A stretch of 53,163 nt of DNA, counting the filler, from Sphacelaria rigidula (taxonomy: Eukaryota), in the NCBI GenBank assembly GCA_964200075.2. It is 4 parts of 4 records of this genome, joined end to end, with 100 filler letters (N's around TTAATTAATTAA, not from the genome) between each part and the next. Parts side by side here need not be neighbours in the genome. Positions count along the whole stretch, not along the records: positions 13,319 to 26,535 come from CAXNAA020003061.1; positions 26,636 to 39,850 come from CAXNAA020003062.1; 2 more parts are not named here. One strand, 5' to 3'. A program made the position numbers and the translations under genes. Each line of letters opens with the position of its first letter. Within the stretch, counting starts at the first letter, position 1. Below the pieces are notes generated by a model. It searched no databases. It was given only the letters and a program-made list of their open reading frames with translations, and was not told the origin of the DNA. Shown here piece after piece: positions 23,355 to 35,800 of this stretch.

Positions 23355-24640
23355 CGGATAGTGGCAAAACACGTGCGACTGGGCTGTGCGGTAAGACCAC
23401 CCCGACCGTGGGGAGTTGGATTACACTTTTAATCGGAGCCAGCACAACTAACGCAGAAGACAGGCAGTAGTACAACAGTAACGTCATGTCGATTTTTCTT
23501 CCATCTCTCACGACCTGACGCGTCGTCGAGTCTGCGTGGCTCCCCACTAGCAAATCGAACAAAAGACATGCCCCGTCGGTAATTCCAAGGCTCAACAAAA
23601 ATGCTCGCTCACTCCCCATCCATGTATGTATGATGCACTTTAACAAAGTATAGAGGGGAAAGAGCTGCAGCTCTGTGTACCCGGAGGGGCACAGAAAATC
23701 CAAGGTAGAGGGAGTAGGGTGTACCGGAACAGATAACATCATGGCGACTGTATCATGTGCTCATGTTTGTTGATGGAGTCGAGTCTATTGGTACCGCCAT
23801 GTATGTGCACCGTACTGTCTCCACAGCATCCGCCCGCTGTTTGAAAAAACATATCATCCCAACCCTGTACCATCTTTTTCGTTGGCATAATTCTCACTTA
23901 ATAAATGCGCGTCCTGTCGGTCGAGGGGTCGAAATTCAAAGCTGACCGCAGAAAGGGGTCACGCTGCCTGGGGGATTGGTGGAATGTGATCTTCCAAAAA
24001 TACTCATGGACGATGGGGGGGGAGCAGCGGGAGAAGGGAACAGGATAGGAAGACACTGCACTGTGCTCCTTGTACAGCTTTGCACAATTCTTCATGTCCC
24101 AGTTCGGCTTCCGTGTACCTACATGGACAATGTACCGTCCTCCTGTCTGTAGCTCATCACTCATTTTGCTGAAGAGACGGGGCTACGGTGCACATAGATG
24201 GTACCGATAGGCGCAACTCAACCAACACACAAAAGCACATGGTATAATCGCCATGATGGTGTCTGTTCCGGTACACGCCACTTATTTCACCTCGGATTTT
24301 CCGCGTTTCTCTGGGTCCGCAGAGCGGCAGCTCTTTTCTGTCAATACTCAGTAGTGGTGTGATCACATAAATGAATGCGAAGTAAGCGAGCATGAAATTT
24401 GAGCTCCGAATAATCGACATCAAGCATATTTTACGTTCGAGTTGGCAGTGGGAAGTCACGCAGAGTTGATCACGCGACAGGTGGTGGTGAGAGATGAGAG
24501 AGAGACATCATGTTACTGTTTTTCTACTGACTATATTCTGCGGTTGTGCTAGCTCCGATTAATGGTGTGATCCAAGTCGCGACGGTCGGATGGTCGTACG
24601 GCACAGACAGGCAAGCCGCACGTGTTTTGCCACTATCCGT
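23355..24640. repeat. ~115-bp inverted repeat pair (23355-23470 / 24525-24640) around ~1 kb
   Basis: cggatagtggcaaaacacgtgcg...ttaatcggagc.agcacaac occurs once on each strand. Confidence 0.75.
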
Positions 24641-25869
24641 GTCAACATCCAACATCTACTTTGTTCGGCCGCCGCGAGCCACGAGAGGAAAACCATTTCG
24701 TGGTGGATGGTGGTCGAAGCGCAGTCCAACAATTCGATAGCGGAGGCGTGTATAAAATACTGTTCCAAAATAAATCATCTGGGACTTGGCTACAGTGTGG
24801 GAGATCCGGGCAGCGGGCACTGGATTGCAGTGTGGGAGTGGAGTGACATGGGATTCATCTGTGGGACAAGACCCAGATAACTCGTCCTGGTCGATAGCGA
24901 CTCACTTCATTGATGAAAGATAGAGCTGGTGTCGCAGCCTCGAACCACTAAAAGGCATGTACAACGACAAGTCCAGTCAGGAACTTACGCCAAGGCCGGG
25001 CAGGTGAGCTCACCATTCCTGGATAGTATTCCGAAGCGCAAATTCGTGAAAACAGAAAGTAGAAGACCCCGAAGGTGGCAGGACATCGCTGGAAAGCATC
25101 CGAACACCCAACACTTCCAAGGGGATACCACCTTTCGGTGGCATCACCCTGACTGCCTACTAGCGTGGGCTACCCACCGCTACCGACTGCGCAATAGCGT
25201 AGGACACTGCTGTAGTTGGGAAACGCATCAGCTAGTTTTTTACACCACATTCGTAGTCACGCGGCTAAACACGATCCAGCTGGGGTTGCTCATCATTTTC
25301 GTCGGAAATCATGCAACGATTGCATCCTATAGCCATGCAGGCGTTCTTGTGCATCCGGGCAAGAGATAAAGACAATACGTGAAAATCGGATACATCTGGA
25401 CTGATGTGCGGTGCTGCACTGCACCACGAGGCGGGCGGCAGACATGCTGAATTTGACCTTGCTTACTAGATATTCAAAACAAACTCGATCAAAGGTTTCT
25501 TGCGAAACAAAGTTTTATGTTGGCAGGAAAGTTGTCGGAGCTTTTTTCGTGTCGATCATCTGAGGAGGAGTTACCTCCTCCATCTTATGTTGTGCTCTAC
25601 TGATAGTGCAAAAGGGTCGGGCTTATGCCGAGGTCAGGCTGTAGCACGTTTACATTCGTACACGAGTAGTTCCTTAACAGCAACTCACCCACGTATTTAC
25701 ATGCACCCTCACCTGTGTTGCCTTCGTGCCCACTGTCAAATCTTCAAGAAGCTGAATAACTAAAAATAAATGGTCCGCGATGTCTGAGTTCCGACCGTGG
25801 AATGGGCAGGGGGGGCAAACCAAGGGCATCCGGAGCTGGTTGATGTGGGTTGGGACATGACATAATATG

Positions 25870-26040
25870 CCCCTTTCCTTTCCTTTCTGAGGCCGTTGCT
25901 TCTGTCGTTTTTCTGTTCCTTTATTTCTATTTGGTATTCCTCCAACGTATTATTCCTCCAATTTCTCCAATAGAGAGTTTCCAATGTACCGCGCAGATAT
26001 CGGAACGGCTTTTAATGTGAAGACAACAACAACAACAAGA
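25870..26040 (+). mobile_element. Retroposon 3' end with (CAA)n tail (related ends at ~22385-22440 and ~48960-49035)
   Basis: gcgcagatatcggaacggcttttaatgtgaagacaacaacaac. The 48960 copy is nearly the same motif and the 22385 copy is more diverged. Confidence 0.65.
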
Positions 26041-26535
26041 GTTTCGGAAACACAAATCAGAACTCAGGGATGAGGGAGAAGTCAGGGATCATTAATTTTC
26101 AATTTTTCAAAAAAACACCTGAGTTGCTAGACACCCCAAAGCGTCGGTGCCAAACCCAGGGCTATGAAACGGAACTAGACACCCTGCCCCATAACGACCA
26201 AGGTCACAGAACACAGCCGTAGAACAAATATCATAAGTGAGGCGGTGGCGGATGTCGTGAACGCCCGCGACAGCACTGGTGATAGCAGCTCGTTCACGAG
26301 GGTGACCCAAAACTACGAGGAACACTTGGAGGCGAACGGGGGAGCCGAGACACCAGTCGACCTGGCTTATGATGATGCGAAAGGGCGGGAGTCGGCCGCT
26401 TAACAAGCTGCTATGATGACTTCACGATATGGCAACCCAACGTGAAGCTTGCGTTACCTCGCGCAGTTACACCACCGTTGGGTGACCATTTTGGCGAGAT
26501 CCTCGTAGCGGCTGCATAGATGGCCGACTTCAGCC

Positions 26536-26635
26536 NNNNNNNNNNNNNNNNNNNNNNNNNNNNNNNNNNNNNNNNNNNNTTAATTAATTAANNNNNNNNN
26601 NNNNNNNNNNNNNNNNNNNNNNNNNNNNNNNNNNN
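26536..26635. other. Artificial contig-joining linker
   Basis: N44-TTAATTAATTAA-N44. Confidence 0.97.
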
Positions 26636-26837
26636 GCCAAAAAAAAAAACACAGGAAAAAAATACAAAATACGAAACACAACATACAACCACTACAAGTA
26701 CGGGGCTAATCAGTACGAAAGAAAATGAACGGGGGGTGGGGGAACATATGGTTTGCCAACGACGCTACCGTGCAAGACAAACTCTCGAACGTGGTACACT
26801 ACGCAAGGTAAATGGGGGAGCAGACTCGGATACGGAA

Positions 26838-28440
26838 TCATGAATTATCTGCATCCCAAGCGGTGTCCGTGTTCCGTAGAACGGCTGTGTCGAGTTCGCC
26901 TTGGTCGTGTTGTTGGAGGCACCAGGATCCCCTCCGAGCGGTCGGCTCCTCGGTGTAGTAGGCATCATCCAAGTGAATCTTGAGGGGGCTCAGGCCATCG
27001 GGGAAACGGATAAAATAGGAGTGGTCAGATGCAGGATCGGCCAAATGAATTTTACCCAAACACCACAGTGAATCCAAGGCTATATACCAAAAGTACGCCA
27101 CTTTCGGCAAGCGTTTTCCGTGAAAAGACTGCATGTATTGTGAACGCGAAAGGTTATAGCCTGTCACAACAAACCGCGCTGAGTGTTCACGTGCCAGTTC
27201 CCGAGCGGCAGCTCCCTTGCGCATGTCAGAGGAGTCATGAGGGGGGATACACGGTTTGCATCGTAGCATCGAGACGCGATTTTTCGGTTTCAAACCAGGT
27301 TCATCCGTGAGAAAATCTGAATACAAACGTTTCGCTCCCACCGGACTCTTGTCGGGTGCGGTAGCGCTTGGACCAACTGCTAAAATTTCCCGAGGACCAG
27401 TCCAATTCAAGGATAGTTTCGCCTTCAAAACTTTGTCCAAAGATAATGATTTCGAGCTAGCCCCTTGATTGATGGTCTTCACATCATTATACACCCATGC
27501 CCATTGGCCTACCTTCCACACCGGGCGGTTATGTACTACATCATCCAACGCAAGTTCGCCCTGGCCACCTTGGTCAAATTGATTTGGTTCTGTTCTCGTA
27601 CGAGTTCATATGCAAGACGGGAACGATTGCTAACCGACAAATGATACTCTGCAACGTCACGATCCAGACTCTGATGTCCACCTGTATTTTTGCGTTCGAA
27701 TACTGTTAAAGGTAACCTAGGCATGGGTCCAATATGAATTTCAATCGGCGGCACTCCCGCAGCGGCATTGACTGAATTGTTGTATTTCATTTGGACAAGG
27801 GGCAGGTGCAGACCCCAGTCAATCTGTCTCTCATTTGCTACAGCAGCAAGCATTTGTGCCATCGTATGGTTCACTCGTTCCGTTCCACCATTGGTGGAAG
27901 GAGGATATGAACTAGTAAAAATGGGCACCCAAAAGGTCACTGGCGGCGGCTGAAAGTTTGCCTGAAAAATGCGAGCCGTTGTCAGACAGTAAGCGTTTGG
28001 GCACACCTCACTGTGGGATGTACATGTATACAAGAATGTTGGCGGTACCTTCCGCGTTATAGCTACTGGCGGGGACAGCGTGCATCACCACATGTCGACT
28101 AAATATATCTGTAGACAACAAAATATACTTATTCCCACTATCTGTCAGGGGCAAAGGACCAAAATAGTCCCACGAAACTACTTCACCAGGCCCGTTTGGG
28201 AGTGGCATGGAAACAATCGGCCAACGAACTGTTTGGCGAGAAGTTTTTCGCGCCTGACACAAGAGACAACGCCTCACCCACCAACGACAACACTGGTCTA
28301 TACAAATCCACTAATAAAAACGTTCTAACATCTTGGAGGTCCTAATGGCGCCTAAATGAGTCGATGCCTGTGAATGGCAGTCGTATAGAACCCATGGGCG
28401 CAGGAGCATCGGGACATAGATGCGGATGGGTTTATCACCT
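26838..28440 (-). pseudogene. Gypsy integrase with extended C-terminus
   Basis: Zinc-binding CxxC (RRCLLCQARK), rve core (WDYFGPLPLTDSGNKYILL; NGGTERVNH) and KLSLNWTGP (GPY/F-like), followed by an extra C-terminal module. Confidence 0.88.
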
Positions 28441-29499
28441 AGCCACCGGGCATGTCTACTTGTAGGCTTCCCCTGGGGAGGGCTGCTGCGGGGCGGCGAA
28501 CTAACAGAACTATATCATCATCGTCCGTATGTAGCATACCTTCCCTTGAATGTTCAGTAACTTCATCCTGTGTGGGTGCTTTGAGAGTCCCGACTGGCAA
28601 AAGGAATTCGGTTTCTGAAAATGGACATGAGCAACCTTTAGATAGATAATGGATAGCTGATTTACAAGCAGATTTTACCTGTTGTTCCCGGGCCCGATCG
28701 ACGTGGGAGAAGAGAGTCAAACGTTCCTTGAATACCCCATCTGTTGAAGCGTCTACTTCGTGTTGGGTCGGTTCGGGGCGTGGTTGGCACGAAGCGGTGA
28801 TTTCGGAATCAAGGGTGAGCCAACCAGTTGGTGTACTCAGACGGAACGTGAACGTCTACTCCTGCGTCGGTTAGCGTGGAGGGTGTTGTGGTGGTGTTTG
28901 CAATATCATCACCGAGGGAGGGGGGCACAGCCGTGGTTCCGGCTATGGTTGGCAGAGACGGCACGGTCGGGGTCGACTTTTTGGGGGCCTTGCGTCGTGG
29001 AGATTGAGGAGGCGCAAGGAAACTGTCGGGGACCGGGGTGAGGCAGGGAGGGGAAGGTCACGACCAGATACGGCTAATTTGGTGGCCATTTCGGCGGTTC
29101 GCCGTCCACGAGTCCTACTCGAAATCAAATCTCGAACTTGAACTGGTAAGACGGAGTTAGCAAAAAACGGTTCCACACCTGCTGCGAAAACCATGCGCTG
29201 GCCAGTTGCACGAAAATGATCATAGCCAACAGTATTCGTAGACAGTCCATTCCAAACTGAGTACAACGATTGAGGTTGTAAGTTGCCTAGAGCTGATGCG
29301 TGGGCTGTGGTCGTCAGCCCACCCATGCCTAAAGCCGGCGTTTCTCTCAGTGAAAGTGGTGTGTAGAGACCTCCATGTCCATTCCTGCTAATGAAATATA
29401 CAATGTCTTCGGTGAGATCGGTGATATGTCCCATGGGGGATTCATCGATAGGTTGAGCTGGTGTAGGCAAGCGTGACAGGAAGTCGGCGTTTGCATTCT

Positions 29500-30760
29500 G
29501 GGGACCTGTGCGGTACTTCAGTCGAAAGTTGTAAGACGACAGGATTTCGAACTAGCGTTGTACCCTAGCGTTGTGTTCCGCCATTATGGCAAGGCTTTTC
29601 GAAGACTTATGATCGGTATAAATCACGAACGGGATGTCATACAAATACTGACGCAGACGCCGCACGCCCCAAACAACTGCGCCGGCCCCTTGTTCCATGA
29701 CAGACCAATTCTGTTCATTCGGAAAAGTGGTGCGACTCAAATAGACAATGTGACGAACAGTACCATCGACTTGCTCCTGTTCTAATGTGCAGTCAAACAT
29801 AATTTTGGAAGAATCTGTGTGGAGTCGGAAAGGGCGGGAACCCTGCTCCGCGGCCGACCAGTCGGGGAAGACGAGAATCGGCGGGCGCGAAAGGGTGTCA
29901 AGAAGACGGCGAACGGTTTTTTCCATTTCCAATGTGAACACAAATTTCACCCCTTGTTTGAAGAGGGTGGTGAGGGGTTTTAGCGTTTGGGCAAGGTTTG
30001 GCGAGTACTGTCTGTAGTAGCTTAGACCTCCCAACAAGGAACGCAGTTGAGAAATGTCCCGTGGCATGGGCATATCGGAGAGTGCGGCGACCTTGTCGAG
30101 GTTTGGGCTACGATCTTCGGGGGTGATGCAATGACCCAAGAACTCAATCTTGGTGGCGCCAATGCGGGATTTGGAGGGGGCGAGTTTCAGATTATGTTGT
30201 TCAAATCGATTAAAGAATGATGCCAACGACGTGTTCAGCCGGTGTGGAGTCGTGGCACACCGCATCATCAAGGTACATACGGCATTTGGGCAATCCATCA
30301 GTTGCACGGAACATTACACTTTGAAACGCACCTGGAGCTCCGGCGGCACCTTGTGGTGTAACCAGCCACTCGTACAAACCTGATGGCGTGCAAAACGCTG
30401 TCAGTTCAATGGAATTTGGATCCATCACGAGCTGGTGGTAGCCGGACTGCATGTCAAAGTTCGAAAATACCTTACCCCCGCCAAGAGAGTCAATAATTTC
30501 ATCAATCCATGGAAGTGGCAGCCGGGCGATTTTGGCGACAGCATTCAATCGTTGATAATTGACCGTCAGTCTGATTTTGCCATTTTTCTTACGGACGATT
30601 ACTAAAGGCGAGGCCCACGGAGACGTCGAGTGCCGAGTTCAACCGGATAAGTAACCATCGAGAATTACCTGAATCTTATCCGCTAAGAGGGGGTTCGTAC
30701 GGTACGGACGCATAGCGATAGGCGGAGTGCCATCAGGAATCTTGATCTTGAACGGTGTCG
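29500..30760 (-). pseudogene. Gypsy reverse transcriptase / RNase H
   Basis: PLPWIDEIIDSLGGGKVFSNFDMQSGYHQL, GLYEWLVTPQG, RMYLDD, LRSLLGGLSYYRQY and RLHTDSS. Confidence 0.92.
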
Positions 30761-32560
30761 TGGTACATCGACCTAAACCCAAGGGTGCAGTAGAAAACCG
30801 CCCAGAATATCTAATCAAGATGTACCTCAATCTATCGATTATAGTGGGTGTCCAACCATCGCCAGATAGATAAAAAAACAGTATACCGTAAGTGAGGGGG
30901 GATGTCATCCCACAACTTTTAAAAACTGGCGCGTTGTTCTGGGGAAAATCTTCTCGGTAATGCAGTTGGGGGTTGAGGTTCAGGCGCATCTGGTGGATTT
31001 GTCACCACCGTGGGATCAGGCATGTATCGCGGAGGGGAGGCCGTGGATTTCGGCGGGTCGGTCGGCGAGTCGTTGTCCGCAGAGGGGCACACATCTGACA
31101 GGGCGGTTCGTATGAGAGGCGCTTGAGCATGACCTAACAACTGACCGTTGAGTATATCGAAACATACAGGGGATGTGAGGTAAATGGCCCGCCTACCTTC
31201 GTGGACAAAGACTTCGGTCTGTTCAAACGAATCAACCTGTGCTTCGTCAGAATTGAGCAATTCGACCAAATAATGTCCTGTGAGGGCGGGCGATCCATTG
31301 CGTCTCACGAGGTTCACTTGGATAAGTTGGGGTTCACGAGAAAGCGAGACTACAGGTTCACCGACATAGTACAGACGGAAAGCATTACCTGTTTGCGTGG
31401 GGTCATCCTCATAAGCATGAGCTCCCGAATCAGTGTCGAAGTGACCCAGTGACAGTTTTCCTGTGACTGGACGGTTCGGGACAGGTGTGTCCGTCGTATA
31501 CGTGTGTGTGGAAAAAGGAAGCCAACTATCTCAACCCAACAAAATATCAAAAGACATAGAACTGTCGGGCACAATTAGTGCCCATACGGACAACCGAACA
31601 GAGGGAGTAGTATCCTGGTAGAAATGTACACTTAGTCTCACCGATTGATCGACCGTAAGAGATGCGGAGGAACCAAACCCACAAAAAACACGGGGGCGCA
31701 CGGTGGACAGACAATGCTCGTCCGCCGCACCCGCGTTGATCATCTGTTGCCAGCAGCTGGCTGTAATGAACGTTTGGGGTGAACCAGGGTCTGGTGGTGC
31801 AAGAGCTATCAAAAGACAGTTTGCACGCGCTCCACTATGCAAACCTATCTTGGTCGTAAAAGAAGCATCATCCATAGTTGCAGTACCGCTGACGAGATCG
31901 GGCCCGCTTTGCGTTTTGAACGAAGGTGGTAAAATACACCCGTTAATGATCCTGTGGGACAAGCTTTTGGTCGGAAGGATGGTGCGTGCATGGAGTGTCA
32001 GTGTTTGTGACTGGAATATTTGTCTCATCAGTCGAGAGTTGAATCTCATATACTGCAACGGAGGGGCGATGCCGGGGAAGGGCAGTTGTCGTGGTTGGAC
32101 CCGACAACTGATCTATGCGTGGTGTTTCACCCTTATTGGCCAACAGAGGGGGCGAATCGTCATTGTTCAAAGCGGGATCAATTACATGATCAAGCTTGGT
32201 CAGAACAGGGGACAATTCATCGGGGCGCGGTGTCGAGTTTGATACTCCAATCAACTCAATACCATCACTAGTTAGGGCCAACTTGGGGGGTTTCGAAGAC
32301 GATTCGTCAGGACGCGGGGTTGGTAAAGCTGTGCTGTTCAACCCGGCGTCTATTAAAGGGGCCAATGTGGACGAGTTAGGAGTTGAGTCGTCTTGCGTAA
32401 CACTTTGTTTGCCTGGTGACGAACACATGATTGAGGTGCCTTGATGACTAGGATGCAAACGTCCTTGAGTCGGCGAAGTCTCTGTCCCTAGAGACGGCAA
32501 CGCTTCATCGGAAATGGGTTCTAACGCAGTGCACGAGGGGTGGTCAGGGAGCAGTAACGA

Positions 32561-32853
32561 CACGGGTTGCCACTGGGGTCTGTAACCTGGCAATTTGTGA
32601 ACCTTACCCACCTTTGGTAAGGTCCGCGGATTGGGTAGACAACTGAGGAGCATTCGCACAGCATGGACAGGATCGAAACAAAACATGTCCCAGTCTATAG
32701 GCGGATGACTCCCCTGTAGGCTGGAACATGTTTTGTTCCGAACCTGTCCATGCTGTGCGAATGCTCTTCAGTAATCCATCTAATCGGCGGACCTTACCAA
32801 ATGTGGATAAGGTCCCAAAAAGGCCAGGTTACAGACCCCAGGGGCCACCCGTG
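32561..32853. mobile_element. 293-bp foldback MITE with CACGGG...CCCGTG ends and GA target-site duplication, inserted in the Gypsy polyprotein
   Basis: Arms pair over ~135 bp and GA flanks both ends. Removing the element plus one GA fuses ...QTSNR to SLLLPDHP... in frame. Confidence 0.85.
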
Positions 32854-35800
32854 GATCTGTTCGAAGTCTGGGGAGTACCGGCCTGTTCCACTCTAAGGTT
32901 TTCATCTGTCTGAGCCCACACACAATCTCCTCCTTGGAGTTCACGTGCGCTTGCTACATCAGGGTTATCTACATGATCATCTGGAGGAGCCCGTCTCTGG
33001 TAACGCGTGTAGCGCACGAAAGGGTCGGCGGCTCCAGGAGCTATTGAAATGAGTTCTCGGATAGTCGTACCCAGGTCACGCTCTTGGTGCACCACCTGAG
33101 TCGCTGTCACTTGGGGGTTCCATTCCGACCCGCTGAGCGACGGAAAGCATGGGTTCTTTGCGGTTGCGACCCTTCAAGGAATAATTACGCTCATCAAATA
33201 AAAGGGAACCGGGTACCGTAGTTTGTGCGGAACTCGGTAGGGTGATTAGCCGGGCACTTGAGCAGTTGGGGGGTGCTTGAGTGTGCGGCTTTGAGTTTGG
33301 TGTTCTCAGATGAACGGTCGAAGAGGCAGCGTCTACCGTACCAGAAGATATTTCGGCTCCAGATGCGTTAGAAACTGCACTACATGACTTCCCCTCCTCC
33401 GGAGGGAAGGGGTTCGATTGAATATGGTTAGTACCTGGTGGATGTAAAACTGGGTGATCAAATCCAGGATTAAAACGTTGGGTTTGGTCACTGCTCAATT
33501 GACAGTCATGCAACGGTGCACGGGCTTCGACTGTCTTGGAACCCTTCAAGGCAGTGTCAGCATATCCAGGGAACCCACACCACATGGTTGAATCCGCGGT
33601 GGCCGTCGTTGATTCACGTGTGTGATGTTTGTGACCTGGCCGAGCGAAAGCAAATTGCTGGGTACTTTTGCGGTGAGTTACCGGCGAACGTTGATCCCTA
33701 ATTGTGGGGCTGTGCCAACGATTGGGGAACAAACGGTCGTCAGAAGTATAAAATGAACGGGCAGGAGGTGGCGCCCAGGTTTTTGGATCAGCCACGCGTC
33801 CTGTGTCACCCCACTGGATGCTATTTGAAATCTCCGAAACTTGTAGAGCGTTCCCAAAAGGTTGTTAAGTTGTGAGGTGAGCATCAGTGTTGTATGGGTG
33901 CCGTCCTGGCGGGGTTCAGCCGCAGCACTAGCTATCTCATGAGTAAGCGTGTACCGTTTTGTGAGTGGGCCGGTGCATGTGGTTGAAAGAGGACCAGGTC
34001 AGGTGGGTCAGGCGCTGAATCAGTTGTCGCTTTTGGGGCGGAGCGGGCGGCCGTACGAGTGCAGTTGTGATTGCCAGACTTGCCAACATGGTGAAAAATG
34101 ACGCGAAGCTTCCAAGTGTCTTTTGTCAACAGCTTATATTCTTGCTCCGCAATTTCCAGAGCCTTCGTGGATTCGCGTATCGCGCGTTCTAGCTCATTCT
34201 ATTCCGTTGGCTTCTTCTCGGGGTGGACATCTACATTATGGGGGGCCTGAGCGGGCTCCTGGACCCTTGTAGATACCTGTAGGCGGGAAAATTCCAACTC
34301 TCTGTGCTCACGTTCAATCTGTGCCAGATCGTTGCTTCGAATCTGATCCCAGCACGCTGTTTGTTCAGCACCTGAAAAGTTGTACCAATGGCGCGGGGAA
34401 TGAAGGCTGGGCGGGTTTGCCGAAGCCGGTCGTGTGTTTCGTCACGCGTGGGCACGGATTGTTCCGATTTGGGCGGCGTATCAAAAGCCAGAGTGGGGCG
34501 ACTACGGAGTTCAGCACCAGATTGGGTGCGGAGGTCATCGTCAAGAAAGGTTTCCGTAGCATAATGGCGCACGTGGAGAAATGCCATCTGAGAATGAAAA
34601 GTGGGAACACCGTCAGCGTTTTGAGCGGCTGGTTGGTGTAGAGAGGAGTGTGCACCAAGGGGGGTGGCGTGAGCATGTGGAGGAGGATTGTCTTCATCCA
34701 CACTCACATCCCTGAAAATACGTCCTGCAACGACGCTATCATCATCAAAACGTTCCGTTTCGGTTTTGCCAACCGTCTCACTACGCGTGGTTGACTTGTA
34801 CGGTTGTTCACCACTGTCTGAAGGAAGCGCACCGTCCTTCGTGACATCGTGCTCAGATGAAGTCGAAGGGCGGTTGATATCAGACATGGCTTGTACACCT
34901 GCGCAATTGCGCAAAACCGGTAACGTTGAAGTGCGGAGGTTGAAAACCGAACGTTTCGTCGTGGGAGAAAGCATAGTTGTTGAGGACTGAGGCGGCGTGG
35001 ACAAAAAACAAATTGAGTGGCAGGGTACTGTTGATAGTTTTCGATCGACATGTAGTTTCGCGCACTCTGCACATGCATGCGGTCTACCATCTTTTCAATC
35101 AGGTGAGACGAAAGGAAAAAAAAAGTAGAAGCTCACAACAAACAGTATTTTCGTGTGTATTGGTGGATAAAGTGAGGAAAAAGAAAAAGACGAGAAAAAA
35201 AATGACCGTTGGCACAATCAACAGACATACCGTGATTGTCACCAGCGCAACAGCGCATTTGACAAACCTCTATGTCATGAGAGGATATACGTGTGGGGCG
35301 CCGCGAACAGCAACGTCAAACCGTCCAGTTCTATTTTGAGAACATGTTGAGGTTGAGAAAAAAATAAAACTGTCGGATGCCGCATTTCCAGAAGCAATAC
35401 CAGCGCAGCTAGCGATGCTCAATACAGTACCGCGTAGCGCGCCGAACATAGCCGAGTTGGGGCCTCGGTGATGTACATCGTACAGGTAGACAATTAATAG
35501 ATGTGCAAGCACAACCGTAACACAACCATGTAGTGCAGCACAAACAGCAACGTATGGAGCACCAGACAGAAAAATGCTGTGTGGCACAGTACAGTACATA
35601 TGATCTTCGCGTGGTGCAGCGGGTGTGGGTCAACACTGCAGTACCAACATCAATTTGTCGCATCACACGAAGAAAACCCGACACAGCACTATACCCGTGC
35701 CGCGTGCGACCATATCTACAATGCAATATGCACGGCTTTGTTCAGAAAAGGCAGCAGTATCAACGCATGCTACAGCACGGCATGTCACCATCCGCAAAAA

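Larger units (their letters stand above)
26745..35090 (-). mobile_element. Ty3/Gypsy LTR retrotransposon, near-complete internal region, degenerate
   Basis: Domain order is gag-like (~33000-35004), protease (DPGSPQTFI...FDILLG, 31531-31830), RT (SPWASPLVIVRKK, FDMQSGYHQL, YLDD, FLGH; ~30000-30760), RNase H (FRLHTDSS, YTDHKS; 29500-29850) and integrase (CLLCQARK, DYFGPLP, NGGTERVNHTMAQML; ~26840-28440). Multiple frameshifts and stops. Confidence 0.95.
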
